Shown: positions 12,861 to 25,360 of the stretch, piece by piece
Position numbering within the stretch: the first letter of the stretch is position 1
Layout of the letters: each line of letters begins with the position of its first letter
NCBI GenBank assembly: GCA_004022145.1
Contig: RCNU01000012.1
DNA: 64,000 nt
Strand: one strand, 5' to 3'
From: Paecilomyces variotii
Taxonomy: Eukaryota
Program-made: the position numbers and the translations under genes
Notes under the pieces: model-generated
What the model saw: the letters and a program-made list of their open reading frames with translations, nothing else
Database searches by the model: none
Told to the model about the DNA's origin: nothing

Positions 12861-13198
12861 TTTGAGATGTAGTTGTACCCCTTCGTATAGCTGACAGAAA
12901 AATCGATTGGTACAGAGTACTGTATACGCAAGAGAAACGATAAGAGCTCAAGCAATTTTATGTTGTCACCTTGGGGAAATATACTAACATATCAAGTCAG
13001 GGAAGCGAGTAGAGACGGCGTGGGGTGGTGACAAGGATATCGTTTTATGTTTCCGTCAGTAGGTATGCATATACCTCGCAATTTCCCGCCACACACATGT
13101 TCTCCTTTTCTGCTCTTATCTCTTGCCCCTACGAAAGCATCTAGATCTGCTCACTAAACCACAAAAATAGCTCACTTCGTTTCCACCGTTATATGTCA

Positions 13199-13351
13199 CC
13201 TCGGCAAGCAAAGCGTCACTAAATTAAGGAGGCTGTGATATGTCGCAGCCCCTGCAGCAAGCCGAAGAAGCCGAGGAAGCCGAGGAATTGGATGTCGATT
13301 ATCCAATCGGGATATGTATATGCAGCGCACTGTGGCCAACCAAATCCTCGG
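13199..13351. promoter_or_regulatory. Four CCTCGG/CCGAGG motifs in the divergent b5-reductase/P450 promoter
   Basis: CCTCGG at 13199-13204, CCGAGG at 13271-13276 and 13280-13285 (within a 9-bp tandem GAAGCCGAG unit), CCTCGG at 13346-13351. Confidence 0.6.
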
Positions 13352-13626
13352 CATCTCTTTTTAACCGATGGATACCCCGTCGATCATCCGGCATCCCGAT
13401 CATAGTCGTATCCGATTGGGTTTGACACTTATTTCAAGGTACAACATCGCGGCAAAGCAATATCTAAGCTGAGAGAGTTGTGGGGCATGTCATATACATA
13501 TTCCCTGGTCATTAAAAGGCGCTATCACTATATAACTCCATAGCTACGCCGGAGAGTGTGGCCAGACATGACCTAGTCAGTCACATCAATTGAACTGTGT
13601 TTTCGCAATTAACAAAGTCTAAGATC

Positions 13627-15470
13627 ATGCCTGGTCTTCAATTCCCTACAAAGCAATTCTACCTCCTTGGTGAGGAAATCTCATCTGCAAAGGAACTGGA
13701 CCTAGACCCTTCGTTGAATATCGATGGACTCCAACACTTAATCGCGGCTCACTTCGCTATTGTTGAACCGACAGGTCAGTAATTTTGTGTTTTTCTTCAT
13801 TCTTTCTTCAGCAATATACCCATGACTGGTTCCTTTCTGACAACATGATACTGACGCATGACTGGTCAGGAATTGGTTTTCAGACAAAAGATTCCACCCT
13901 CGCGGATATCGCCGATATTATCGCCTCTGACGGCCCAGTCGCAATAACAATCGATGGGCATGCGGTTAGAGAACCCCCGGGCCCGAAGGGTCTACCGTTC
14001 GTGGGAAACTTCTTGCAAGTGTACCCGGACCACCTGGGTAACCATCAGCGTCTGTTCGAACAATACGGACCGGTCATCAAGACGAATAACATGGGCCGTG
14101 TTACTTATCAGACAAATGACCCGACAATCTCCGCGATCGCTTTATCGGAGAGCGACTTCTTTACCAAGGGCATCAATGAAGCGCATCCTCTCTTCGGCCT
14201 GAAGACGCCAGAGGCTGGAATCTTCCTCGGTGATACCGATACGCCGGAGTGGAGAGTTGCCCATAAATTTATACCACCCGCTCTCGGGCCTAAGGCTGTC
14301 CGTCATTATGCGCCCACTATGCAGAAGACGGTTGAAGATTCTTTCAAGGTCTTTGACGCGCTTGACGAACAGGGTGAAGCTTGGAACGTCTACCAGTACA
14401 TGTTGAAGCTCGGCTCGCAGGCTGTCGGCAAGCTTACGCTGGGCATAGATTTCAACCACTTTACGCACCCAGATGCGCCACTTCATGAAATGGTCCATCT
14501 GATTGCTGAGCTATTATCTCTGAATAAAAAGGTCACCTCAAAGGGTGACTGGTATGCCGCTTTGCCTTTTGGTGACCCGAAACGACTTAGGGCTACCAAG
14601 CGGCGCATTGAGGAAATGGTGGATGATTCAATTCGAAAAGCTGCGAGTGGCGGAGTAGAAGACCTTCCCTTACAAGAGGCTGCATTGCTAGCTGCAAACA
14701 TGGTCGGTAAGTGATTCTGAATCAGAGTATATCCTTTCCAAAAAGCTTATGACTATGGAGACTACGCGATACGTGCCACGGACAACAAAGGCGAAAAGCT
14801 TCCCAAGGAGAGCTTAGTCTGGGCCCTTACAGTTGCGACTGGTGCGGGTTTTACAACAACTAGCTCTCTCCTCTCATGGCTTATCTACGGTCTTACTACC
14901 TATCCTGGGATGCAGGAACGCCTTCTCCAGGAACTCATCGACAACGATATTGATGAGAACACTGAGATCACCGCTGATGTTACCGACCGTTTAAGCTTCT
15001 TAGACAAATACATCAAAGAGACACAGCGTCGTCACAACCCCTCCTACCAGCCAGGACGAACTGCAAAAGTCGATCTTGTTCTTCCAGGAGGCTACAAATT
15101 GGCCAAAGACTCGATTTTGATTCCAGCGCTACATCACATCCATAACAACCCCCAACACTGGGACAACCCCGGCCGCTTCGATCCGGACCGATGGGACACT
15201 CCTGCAGTCAAGAACAGACACAAGGCTGCTTATATACCATTTGCAACGGGACAACGTATGTGCATAGGATTCAACTTTGCACTGCAGGAGATCAAGGTCT
15301 TCCTTCCGAAGCTCGTATACCGGTACAAGTTTACTCGAGAAGGGGATGGCATTATTGAGTATGATCCCATGTTCCAGCTCATCAGACCGAACAATCTCTA
15401 TGTACGTGCAGAGAGAAGAGTCAAGTGGCCGCCGAAGAGTAACGCTGCGGTTGGAAAGACTCTTTCCTGA
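13627..15470 (+). CDS. Cytochrome P450 without N-terminal membrane anchor (resembles the CYP540 family)
   Basis: PPGPKGLPFVGN, I-helix GAGFTTT, K-helix ETQR, FDPDRW and heme motif PFATGQRMCIG. Introns near 13775-13869 and 14707-14760. The family assignment is from recognition only. Confidence 0.92.
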
Positions 15471-17812
15471 GCGCAGGATGTTCGCATCCCATTCGTATAC
15501 ATTTTCAACTTGGCCGTTATCTCGGGTGATGCGTGTTGATTATTTCAGATTTAGAGAATAGAATCTACGGGTTTTGATACATTTGCGTTGGTATTTACAA
15601 TTAAGTAGGGATTATGTTAGCAACTGTAACTCTCAATTGAAAAAAACTAAGATGTCTTGTTATATGTAACCATTGCAATGAAACTCTTTCGAAATAGTCC
15701 CAGGAGTAACGTAGCTTATACGGTAGGTTTTCGCTCAGTTGTTTTATCTTTCGAACACATGTTCAGGTATGGGCTTGCTAATACCCATCTTCGCTAAGTC
15801 GAAAGGAAGAACATTGGGCCGCTCATGCTCATCTTCAAAGCTATCTCGTTCCAGGCCTGTCTCATACGATACAGTATTAGATAAAGCGCAAAACGGATTT
15901 TCACCGTTCTCGTAGAGGAATGCGTGTACTTCTTTTTCAATCCATATCCCGAACCCTGTCCAAGGACATTGCGGTGTTAATCCGATTATCAGCCTTGGTC
16001 GGGAGTTAATGTCTCGCTCGTGCCAGCCAAACGTTTCCCTAAACGGGCGGTATCGAGTTGTAGGCTATGTATGTACTATGGCCGAGCTCCAAGCGAGTTA
16101 TCTGCGAGGCCAACTCCGCTGCTATAATATAGAAGCTGGCTCGTCAAAACCTGTAATTGGCGATTATACTTGGTAGAAGAGTAAGCTACATCTATACCGT
16201 TTGTCACAGAGATATGGGTTATCTAAAATATGGTTCTTGTTTATCTGCCTCTCATGGTCTTTCTATCTAGTATAAGTGAAGGTTTCTATGGGGTCCTAGG
16301 TATTTTACTATATAGTTACCTAATATCTATATACGCAGAATGTCGGCGAATAAGTATCGATAGAAGTTAGAAATACTAGCGAGTCATTATAGAAGAATAG
16401 CTTAGCCAGGCAATCTGACATGGTCTCAGCCGCAACAGAATTTAATGGAGTAAACAACAATACGTCCTTTCCCAGACGTTCCCGGCACCCCATATATTCA
16501 ACTGCTTGATTCAAAGCGACAAAAAATGGCACTGGTGACACATACTGTACTATAAATTGGTTGAGAGGAGACCAAGAGGATTGTAGTATCCCAACACCGA
16601 AAAAGCTCAAAAAAAATCCATCGTGGTACAGGTGTATTCAGACGGTTGGGTGAGCGTGCATGTACTGCAGCAGCCCTAAGCCGTAAGGACTCCGAATCTG
16701 GTAGATAGTATTCTTTCTTAGTCTTGGTCGTACAGCCCAAATAGGACAGACAGGTTGACATTCCCTCGAGCAGTTATTGGTCAATACGAGCAGTTCTGGT
16801 GCTATAAATACTTGGCGAGTGTTTCAAAGCTTGGCTTGTAGCTAAGCTTTTGCTCGCTAACCGCTAGGGAACTAGTTCTGTTGGTATAGAGCCTGATTGC
16901 CAAATCATACGTCGCCTTCCGACCACGCTTGGAATCCACCGACGGGGAGCTTTCATTCTTTTTCGACTTCTATCATTGCGCGAATAGGCCACTGTAAGCC
17001 ACCACCTACTTATTGGAGAAAATTGACATCTATATGCGGTATTATCCTCCAGTCACAAACCACTATCGGCCCCAGCCCATGTCTCCTACCAAACTTCTCC
17101 AAGTTACCTTTTGCTGGCACTCGCCTGTCATTAACAACAAGATTACAGAAGGCCGTACGGTACGGCTTCCATTCCCTGTAAGGAGAAGGTGTCGACGATA
17201 TCCACACTAGCCGAAATAACCCATACATCTCTCTCCTTTGACGCAAAGCATCAGCCTGCAATATTCCACTATGGTATGAGCTCCATGAGAGGTTTCTCTG
17301 GCAATAGCGTCGTGGACAGATAGATAGCGAACCGGGAATTATATCAGCGCCACAACTTGTCACGCACTCTATGTATACAGCGTCTTATTCGCCCTTGAGG
17401 CATGACGGGTCAGGTGGGAGGTATCGTACTCTCACGAGGAACCGCCTCGACGATCATGAGGATGGTTCCGTGTCCTAGCCCAGGCTGTCTCCCCCTGAAG
17501 CTTGAAAGCGCTATGGCTTTGTTGACCCAGTATATGCGAGCCTGCATTGTCATGATTCGGTTAGGTCCATAAAAACATGGACGGGTGTGTACGGGACAGG
17601 TCGACCTACACTACGAGTGGGGATATCTCCATGGCTCAACTAAGTTACTGGATTAGCCCCTGCACGGTTCTTACCCTTTGGCAGAGGGGAAGATTTTAAT
17701 TTCCCGTCTATACGATGTACCATTCTTATTACTTAAAGGCGGGACCAAGTACAGTACACCCAGAAGAAACTGAGTGGAAGGCAACTTTCGACAGCAGACT
17801 CCGGTTGCTAAA

Positions 17813-19710
17813 ATGTTGCTATGGTTGACTCGATGCCTCCCGGGCTTTAGCTTGCTGGCGTTGGCATGCCTGCTGCTCTCTGCCTTTTCGGACACCCTGA
17901 AATCGCCGTCATGGAAAGGCAGAATTCCCCGACCCGGCGATGGGTCAAAAGGTGAAACGGAAAAGCCGTTGAATATGGCCCAGGAGGTGTTTGTGATATA
18001 CACCATCTTCATCCACGTCAATATGTTTGTTTTCACACTACGCCTTGCTTTCTCCCTATTCTCGATGACCAAGAAAACCCGTGGAACCGTGCTCAAGCAC
18101 CAACCAGACGCGTCAATGATGGCACTCTCCGAAGACGGTACGAAGTCTGAGGGAAGAAGGTCGGTCACGTCCGGTCTTCAGAAGCAATCCGATCTGCCTG
18201 CCAGGGAACCTACCGACGAGATCAATGACAGCAACCACAGCCGAGACCTGATACATGCGATCATTCTCCCCAACTACTGTGAGGATCTTGATACGTTACG
18301 AACAACTTTGACTGTCCTGGCGAGCCATCCGACAGCAAAATGGCAATATGATGTTAGCTGACATTCTGCGCCACTATGCCGTTCCAAACGAGACTGATAA
18401 TTTCCAGGTATATTTGGCGATGGAGCAAAAGGAAAGTAGCGCGGCCGCCAAGGCAGCACGACTGCTCTCTGAATTCGAGAAGTCCTTTCTTCATATCGGG
18501 GCGACGTTCCATCCATCCGGCTTGGTGGGGGAAATTGCAGGCAAAAGTTCGAATGTGGCCTTTGCGGCGCGACATATCCTCGAAGCGCACCGTACAGCAT
18601 TGCGCGCAGAACCCTGTAATGTGCTTGTCACCGTGATGGACGGTAAGTGCATACATAGATGCCATTCAGATGCGCAGATCGAGTCCGTCTCTAACACATT
18701 TGGCGTCCGCAGCTGATAGTCACTTGTCCCAATATTATTTTGCCGAGATCCAGCGACTGAACTCTCACCATCTTGGCGAGGCTGACCGTTCGTTTTATTG
18801 CTGTCCGATCATCTTCGACCGCAATTCGCACGATACGCCCGTGCTGGTGCGATGCGCCGATCTTCTCTGGGGGTTCGCAGGCCTGTCGACCATGTATCCG
18901 GGCACGTGGCTGGCGCTTCCGACGTCTGTTTATTCTCTGCCGCTCGCGCTGGTGGAAAGAGTTGGCGGGTGGGATAGCGACCCAACGGCGATCGGCGAAG
19001 ACCTGCACATGTTGCTCAAGTGTTATTTTGGCACGCAGGGAGACATCGTTACGCGCGTGGTTCCCGTGCCGGCGAGTCAGTGCAATGTGTCGAGCGACAA
19101 GGGCCGCGGCTGGCGGCGCCAAGTAGAGACGCTCTTTGCTCGCTATCGACAAGGTCTGCGACACATGTGGGGAGCACTCGATACAGGATTCGCAGCACGG
19201 CAGATGGCGATCAATCTTCGTCTTGGTCGCCGGCGTCTGTTTCCACGGCTGCGCGATATCACCATCGTCCATCTGCTGTGGGAGGCACACTTTTTGCCCT
19301 GCCACCTCACCGTCTTGCTGGTTTTCTCCGTCCTCTATGAACTCTGCGTTCCAACCACCCAGGTGCACCCTGCCATTGCATGGGCATTTTGGTTTACCGG
19401 TCTGCTGCGGACTCTCTCTTTTATCGGCATGAACGTCAACCTTTCCATGTACGGACGCTGGCATGCGATGTGCCTCGACATGCGGATGCAGGATATGCGT
19501 GCGGCCAACCTGACCGGAACTGGTTGCTCGCGGCGAACATGGTATCAACCGCAATATCTTCTCGAAAGGATCTGCTTTCCAGTGGCAGGAACCGTGTTCG
19601 GAGCACTACCCACTCTGCATGCCGTGTTTGCTCATTTTTGGACGGATCGCCTCGTGTATCGAGTGAGTCAGAAGCCAGTCTTCAGCGTCGAGAGCAGCGC
19701 GATTGTCTAG
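17813..19710 (+). CDS. Membrane-bound glycosyltransferase family 2 (GT2) protein
   Basis: IILPNYCED, AGKSSN, VTVMD-ADSH (DxD, split by an intron), IGEDLHM and QGLRHMWG (QxxRW-like), with flanking TM helices. Two introns. Confidence 0.85.
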
Positions 19711-20260
19711 GGTAGGGTTTCTGGTGAGTTAATCGTATTTACTGACCAGTGGCGAGGGATATATCAATGATTTTCGTTCTGTGTTGACGAGTTGGTATAC
19801 ATTATTACGTATTTTAATGATGATAATGGACCGAGTTATGCTACATGTATATAGTTGACTGTACTGTCAGTCTACTTATATTTCTATTTATCTATATTTG
19901 ATCAATATATATACATTATTTATCGATAAGAGATATAAAAAGAACAACAACTACAATGCCTACCTGATTGGGATAACGCTTAACCTAATATAGAATAGCG
20001 CCCTCGTGGTCCGGGAGATCCCTTTCGGCAGGCGGAAGACACCAGCAGAATGTGTCACCTTCGCCGCGGTATCTCCGGATTGTAATAATGTCTTCCCGCC
20101 AGGATATCTAAGGCGAATTTTTCGAATGTTCGGGGCTTAAAGAGAGGAGTCTTGAGTGAGCGGGCCAAGACCGAGGTAACATCATCACAGATAGCTCTGC
20201 GGCCGCATGGCACTAAAGACTGCGATATCACCATCGGGAGTCAAGATCCCTGTCGACCGG

Positions 20261-22058
20261 ATGGCTGACAATACTTCCGAGGCTCGTCAGTTCACCTTCG
20301 TCCTCCACGAGGGTCAACAGGGTCTCCGTAGCCATGCTATGCGAGAATACTGGAAGAAGAGGCACCAACAGAAAAGGGAAGAAGAGAGGGCTAAACCACA
20401 GCCCCTTCGTCACCTACTACCAGGCAAGGAATCAGGCGCAGAGACAGCATCGAGCACCACGAGCGGTCCATCGCCCTTACCATCATCGAATAACGGCTCC
20501 CCCACCGCGCTGTCAGTTGTCTCTCAAGAGAGACAACCTTCCACCGAAGCTCAGTACGCCCCGTCAAACCGGTCGGTGACTCATGAGCCAGTTGGGTCAC
20601 CAGATCATAAGCCGCCTTTGCCTGGTATCCCAGCTCAAGCTCTCACCGGATTAAATTATGCTCTTGCCTATACCCGGCTGGATCCGTTCGATACATTCCC
20701 CGTAAAGCTGGGCGCCAAACACCACAAGCTTCTTCACCACTGTATGCACGTCGCAAACAGAGAATTGGGGACTGGGATGAGGCTTTGCTAACTTACCATC
20801 TAGGGCTCACTACCCACGCTACTATGATGTTTGAGGAGCTCCCGATGCCTTCATTCAATCCGATGCGCGACGTCTGGTTTCCACTGGATCTCTCGAATGA
20901 AGCCTCGTTCAACGCCATCATGGCACATGCGGCGGCTCACCTAGACCAGATGCATGGTCTCAGAGCCTCGACTGACGCATTGCTATTCAAAGCCGAGGCT
21001 GTCCGGATTGTATCGACATGGCTGAACGATCCGGCCCGTGCCCTAAGCGATGAGGTCTTTGCTGCCGTTCTCCGTCTATTAACTTTCGAGGTTGGTGCCC
21101 ATTAACCATCATATGCGATCCAGATAGGCTGATATTCTTGGAAGAGGTATTGGGGAACCGAGTCAGAGTGGCGAATTCATCGTGATGGACTCCAGCGCAT
21201 GATCGAGGCCCGTGGTGGAATTGAAGCCCTCCAGAGTAATTGGCGTCTCGAACTAGTCACATTCTTGTGAGTAATGTCCCTGTGCGATAGATTGTTCAGC
21301 AGGCGACATGAGTGCTGATGAAGTCGCGTCCTAGAGTTTCCCTCATGTCGAAGCCCTCCTGGTTTGACTCCTCCAACCGCATTTGGGAGATATGCGAACA
21401 GCCATTTACACCCGATTTACATCCTATAATGGGAGATATGGAGAATCTGCATCGTGTACGCTGCCTATGGCTCATTTCCTTTATACAGGATATGCGCACC
21501 TTGATGGGCGGTTCGTCACGGCTTTACTTGAGTGGGCTGTCTTTCTATACAGCTGTACGAGATGCTGCATTACTCCTGTGGGCCGACTCTAAACATCACA
21601 CATACACGGCCATGCATCGACCCGAGTGTACCCCTGCGGAATTTCGCCGACTGGCATGTTTATTTTTCATTAGTGTGTTGTTGCAAGGGTCTATGTCGAC
21701 CCATGAATACGCCGTTTCTCCTTCCTCGCCCCAGGCCCCTATGAACTCGCCGGTTCTCGACGACCTATTACTTCTCGATACTTACCTGGACTGCTCGCGC
21801 CCATTGTGGCAGGGGTCTGTGGAAAAACTTCACACGGCTCTATTCCGCGACTTTACGGGTCTCCCTGATGGCCCACAGAAGATGAAATATGTCTTGAACA
21901 TGACTGATGTGCTCCGGTGCATGAGTGTTGAAGCGCGTCGCGGGGTCGAAAAATGCTTGTTAAATATGCTATGCCGCACCAAAGGAAGCGAACTTCGGTT
22001 CTCCCCTGATGATGACTGGACACCGGATTCTTTGTTATCATCCTTCCATGGAATCTGA
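20261..22058 (+). CDS. Fungal transcription-factor-domain protein without a visible Zn cluster (Fungal_trans_2-like)
   Basis: N-terminal FTFV...RSHAMREYW, then RLDPFDTFP, FNAIMAHAAAHL and HRDGLQRMIEARGGIEAL across spliced exons. Alternative start at 20207. Confidence 0.7.
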
Positions 22059-23941
22059 ACATTCTCGTTCACTGCATGGTTCGATTCATACACACGAAAA
22101 AAAGTTAACGGTCCTACTGAAGCGTTCTTTCACCCTCTTGATTCAACGTTGGTGATCAATGACTGCGAACCGTCTCCATCCAATCGATTATCTCGCCCTA
22201 CGGACTGTGTTCTACGTCTTTGAGACTCAGGGTGATCTTCCAAAACTTGAAGTCCTCTCAAGGCCAGTATATTTCTTTCCTTCGAGTAGGGCGGGATATG
22301 CTACCTTGAACTTGGCTTCTCTATAATCGATGAGAAGTGCGCTATCACTCGCAGAATAGCAACGTGGACAGTCTGCTTAACATCCTCACCAACGGCATAC
22401 CAGGAACTCCGTATCAAGCAGTGAGGATTGTCAGGCATGGGACTGCGTCGGTGATGCGCAGGCCCCTTGGCCCGTACTACAGCGTCTAACGATTAACAAT
22501 ATCCTATCAAATGCCATCGCCGATCTACGAGCAACAATGTGGTAGGTCGATGGAGATGCCATACAACCATTGCGGCAGACTGTTCATTTCCGCTTCTATT
22601 CAGGGGCTATACTTCCAGAAACTGGTCAGAGATTACCCTAGGACTGGGGTATTTATATTTTGGAGCATGTACCGCGACATTGTCTATGGGCTATTTTGTC
22701 TCATTATTCAGGAAGATTGGTACGAGAGTGGTTAATCTCCTGCACAAGCAAGTACTTCAGAGGTGGTTAAGGTTTGTATTTGGTTGTCTACATGGATCCA
22801 TGCGATTCAGCTTGCTTTTGCCATACGGGGAGGTACACGACGAGGTCTAGAATAACAGTTGGCCCGTCCTGATTCAGTTTCCATGTTTATATATTATGAA
22901 GCGATACGCGATGTCTGGGCCACTGGTAACAAGAGAAGTCACCCTTATAACAGGCTTTTCCATCGAAACTGACCTGTTTATCTCTTTCAGAGCAGCGCTG
23001 TCGCATTTCATTCACCGGCTGTATAACTAAGATAGAGTTCAAGATTACATGTAATATAGCAATTAGATATTGCAAAGGGTACAAAGTTTCAAGCAAGGCA
23101 ATTCAAGCTGGTTTCGATCAGACTATGCTTCCGTGCCATTTAATATATATTCGACACAACAAATGAAGTGATCATTAGGGCCCTGGGGCCACTAACTAAT
23201 GATGTAATAATTTCCCACATAACTAAAGCCTAGACTTCCGTATTGGGAAGAAGTAATTTACCAATCGCGGAAACTGATAACCAGCTGCGCTTACCAGGAA
23301 CTTAGAACGCGTCATGATCGAGAAGGATTAATAGTCCCCTATAAATAAAGAGTATAGATGCGTCCTATATGCTAAATGTAAATGGTCTTATATTGATTTT
23401 AGCTATTGGGGAAGTCTGTAAGGTAGTTCTTGCATAGATGATCTGATTAGATACTATAAATAGAGTAGCTGTCCCCGTCGTTTATGCGGTCTTTTAAGTT
23501 GCGTCTTATTTACACCTCACAATTCTATGTACATAGTAGCATTTTCTAACCTTGCACGAGAGTTGTCGCATGAATATAATACATTTATGTTTTTACACTA
23601 TTAATACACATAAAAGGATCCCTAGGAGTCACGCTATCAGAAAACGGTATCAGGCGATTAGCTGACGGAAGAGAGAATTTTCAAATTATGATATGCGCCT
23701 TAAAGACAATGGCGAACAATCCTTCGAGTCATATTTCCAGTAGAAGTCTCTAAGTCTCTATTGGCTGATATCAGACAGCGTATCATTATACTCTCCTTTC
23801 TCCCGCACGCCAGTCTTACTCGGCCTGACGATGGATCAACTAGTTACAATCACTTGTCTGCTCCAGTAGCGAGCATTCTATTCTCTGGCCGGATCGGTGC
23901 AAATCAAGAGTGTTCTCGGTGGACAGACTAACCAGCAGCAA

Positions 23942-23948
<7 letters not shown>

Positions 23949-23979
<31 letters not shown>
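23949..23979. repeat. Poly(A) tract, 31 nt
   Basis: Directly visible in the sequence. Confidence 0.9.
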
Positions 23980-23981
<2 letters not shown>

Positions 23982-24155
23982 TTTATGCATTCTGCTTTGG
24001 CATAAACTGTTTGCTTTTTCGCTGCTAAAAATTTGACATAAGGTTTATTAAGCTAAGAAGAGAAATAAATAAGGTGTCTTACACATAAAATCGTCCCATA
24101 GACTAAATAGATTCTGATTTATATAAGTTCTAACAGACTACTGCAGCAGTGCAGT

Positions 24156-25360
24156 TTACCGCTGCTTTCGCTCATTATCACGATTTGAAGTCTCCAATGG
24201 CCCCCATACCATATCACGCACATAGAACGAGTGTACGAGCGCCCACAAAGCAAACCCAATGGTGCAAAAGATAGCATCCCAACTTACGCTACTGACAGCT
24301 GGGTGCTCAAAAATAGTCGCCAGGGATCTCTCCCATGGGTTTCCTGAGCTTTCGCCGGACCTCTCCAACGCGCAGCTATCTCGTGCACGTCGCAATGGGG
24401 GTGGGGAATTGTCCGCCAGAGCAGAAAATGTCGACAAGGAAAGAAGCAAAGATGATACCGCAGAGAGGACCCAAAAGACGGAAATGTACCATCTTGTCGC
24501 TGCCTCGACGCTATAATGGAGACTGCGTAGCGACTTCGGCGCCTTCTCAGGGTTCACAATTGCCGGGATAAAGAGCACGACGTGCGGTACAAGCAGGACG
24601 AACAAGAAGTATGGCGTGGATAGGGTAGACGGGACGAGGGCGGTTATGAACAGCGAAATTGCAAGAGGCAAGAGTTCGATAACGACAGAATAGGCCCATA
24701 TGTGTGGGGAAGGCCTCTTATCGACTGGAACCGGGCGATAGAGCAGCACCGCGAGGTAAAACAGGTTCTGGGCGAATGAAATGGCGACGATTTGCCCAAG
24801 TAGCATGTATGCCCAGATATGGGGGATCTGGTTGCGGCGGCCTAGAAGTGGAAAGTTTGCGATAAGCAGACAGAAACTAGCGTTATCATTTACAATATAA
24901 AAGTATGCATATCAGATTGGAGTTTACCGGAAATGCCCAAGAAAAGACTCCATCCAGTTGTCCATAAGAAGATCTGCTCGCTCCACCAGAACCGCCATGG
25001 CGACTCCACGACTGCTCCCCAAGCTTCCCGGAAGAGCTTTGTGTCCTTTAGCCAGAGCTCAAGATCCCGCGCCGTCAGTGGTGTGCTTTCCACAAATCCC
25101 GTCCGACATGCCCAGTCCCGATAGGAATATGCGAAGAAGGAGAACATATGGTACCATGTGGCACCGAGGCTGAGAATTGCAAGGGTCGCAAATAATGGTA
25201 TGTAGCGATGCTCTGCTCGCTTTTGCCCATGCTGCCTCAGGTATCGCAGTCGGCTGTAGAGCGAATGAACAATGTATCCTGTGAGGCTTGCACATACGAG
25301 CAAGTAACCAACCAAAATTGGAAGGGATCTGTAGAAAGGACCGTCCGAAGTCGTGGACAT
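24156..25360 (-). CDS. Uncharacterised multi-pass fungal membrane protein
   Basis: Two ORFs joined by one intron (~24843-24927). Several TM segments. Motifs LFREAW, RFWWSEQIF, LLGQIVAISFAQNLF and HPAVSSVSWD. Confidence 0.75.

Noticed and set aside
12861-12955. N-terminal extension of ORF 11417..12955
   Set aside because: An artefact of reading through intron 12718-12775. The real first exon is in another frame and starts at 12860.
15480-17800. Gene or RIP-decayed transposon in the 2.3 kb gap after the P450
   Set aside because: Only short motif-less ORFs. A locally TA-rich patch (~16140-16400) is too short to call RIP by eye, and no terminal repeats were seen.
18691-19554. 287 aa antisense ORF
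   Set aside because: Lies wholly opposite the GC-rich GT2 exon with no recognisable motifs; a shadow ORF.
23880-23979. SINE or retrocopy suggested by A/B-box-like words before the poly(A) tract
   Set aside because: The box-like words overlap rather than being spaced, there is no cloverleaf, and no target-site duplication was seen.
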